Source of the DNA: Clostridia bacterium
GTDB taxonomy: Bacteria; Bacillota; Clostridia; Oscillospirales; Butyricicoccaceae
Assembly (NCBI GenBank): GCA_029099685.1
Contig: JAQXOO010000033.1
Location: 6,623-70,622 of the forward strand
Direction: 5' to 3'
DNA length: 64,000 bases
Shown: one piece after another, positions 63,565 to 64,000 of the stretch
Layout: every line of letters begins with the position of its first letter
Position numbering within the stretch: position 1 is the stretch's first letter
The notes under the pieces: generated by a model
What the model was told of the DNA's origin: nothing
Database searches by the model: none
The model's input: the letters and a program-made list of their open reading frames with translations, nothing else
Position numbers and translations under genes: made by a program

Positions 63565-64000
63565 ATGCCTTTAGATTTGACGTATCTGATCCTGATCCCT
63601 GCTATTTTGTTTTCCCTGTGGGCCCAGGCCCGGGTGAAAACCACCTATGCCCGCTACTCCAAGGCCTTCGCCGGGCTGACCGGCCAGGAAGCGGCCCGCA
63701 TGGTGCTGGAGATGAACGGCGTGACCGGGGTGACCATCGAGCAGGTGGCCGGCGAGCTGACCGATCATTTCGACCCGCGCACCAATGTGATCCGCCTGTC
63801 CCGGGGCGTTTACGACGTGACCAGCGTGGCCGCGGTGGGCGTGGCCGCCCACGAGGCGGGACACGCCGTCCAGTACGCCGTGGGCTACGGCCCCATCAAG
63901 CTTCGGGCCGCCATCATCCCGGTGACGCAGATCGGCTCCTACCTGTCCTGGCCCCTGCTGCTCATCGGCCTGTTGATGGGCAACGAGACCCTGGCCTTCG
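63565..64000 (+). CDS. zinc metallopeptidase, YugP-like (partial; runs off the window)
   Basis: My own translation from ATG 63565 (RBS AGAGGTG): MPLDLTYLILIPAILFSLWAQARVKTTYARYS...HFDPRTNVIRLS...VAAHEAGHAVQ. The TM-plus-HExxH layout matches the peptidase_M.. Zn_peptidase_2 family. No stop occurs before the window end, so it is absent from the ORF track. Confidence 0.7.
   Translation, partial: MPLDLTYLILIPAILFSLWAQARVKTTYARYSKAFAGLTGQEAARMVLEMNGVTGVTIEQVAGELTDHFDPRTNVIRLSRGVYDVTSVAAVGVAAHEAGHAVQYAVGYGPIKLRAAIIPVTQIGSYLSWPLLLIGLLMGNETLAF

Noticed and set aside
1-64000. Search for CRISPR arrays, tRNA/rRNA genes, IS elements, integrases, prophage or defence-system genes, and long direct or inverted repeats
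   Set aside because: Nothing of the kind was seen by eye. The only recurring short structures are GC-rich intrinsic terminators (for example the AAAAGCACCCCC-type stems at 16581 and 42228), and these share only generic terminator features. A proper repeat finder or tRNAscan was not run.

Overview
GC-rich chromosomal segment (by eye about 60-65% G+C, not computed) from a spore-forming Clostridia-type Firmicute, as shown by spo0A, spoIVB, polC and an SLH wall protein. It is almost entirely core metabolism and housekeeping. I saw no tRNA, rRNA, CRISPR array, transposase, integrase or phage gene. Left to right: a Mn2+ (yybP-ykoY) riboswitch with mntP. A minus-strand glycine-cleavage operon (gcvT fused to an SHMT domain, gcvH, gcvPA, gcvPB, lplA, lpd) behind a tandem glycine riboswitch. 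A BlaI/BlaR1-type repressor and M56 sensor-protease pair with twin TACA-N2-TGTA operators. guaA, an SLH/Ig-like wall protein and a zinc-ribbon membrane protein. A methionine operon (MetH activation-domain protein, cobalamin MetH, YitJ-like HMT/MTHFR, and an unknown HExxH protein). A small AT-rich XRE regulator, a GNAT, a GHL10 hydrolase and radC. uvrBA with a LexA box inside the promoter. The conserved pyrH-frr-uppS-cdsA-dxr-rseP-ispG-polC block. A GNAT, then a single AT-rich APH-fold kinase gene enclosed by terminators. A PPi-type pfk divergent from fba. A 4Fe-4S protein divergent from a Crp/Fnr regulator, with a 16-bp perfect palindrome between them. spoIVB, a trmH-family gene and spo0A with 0A boxes. 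ispDF, a DUF3343 protein with a cysteine desulfurase, and cdaA-cdaR with an FAD oxidoreductase and an RseC-like protein. yicC-remA-gmk-rpoZ-priA-def-fmt and a partial Zn-peptidase gene. The most unusual items are the GcvT-SHMT single-polypeptide fusion, the HExxH protein translationally coupled to the methionine operon, the non-PBP sensor domain of the BlaR1-like protein, and the AT-rich kinase islet. The very long ORFs in the track (up to 1800 aa) are codon-aligned antisense shadows of real genes and are rejected. All family assignments come from motif recognition by eye; no searches were run.
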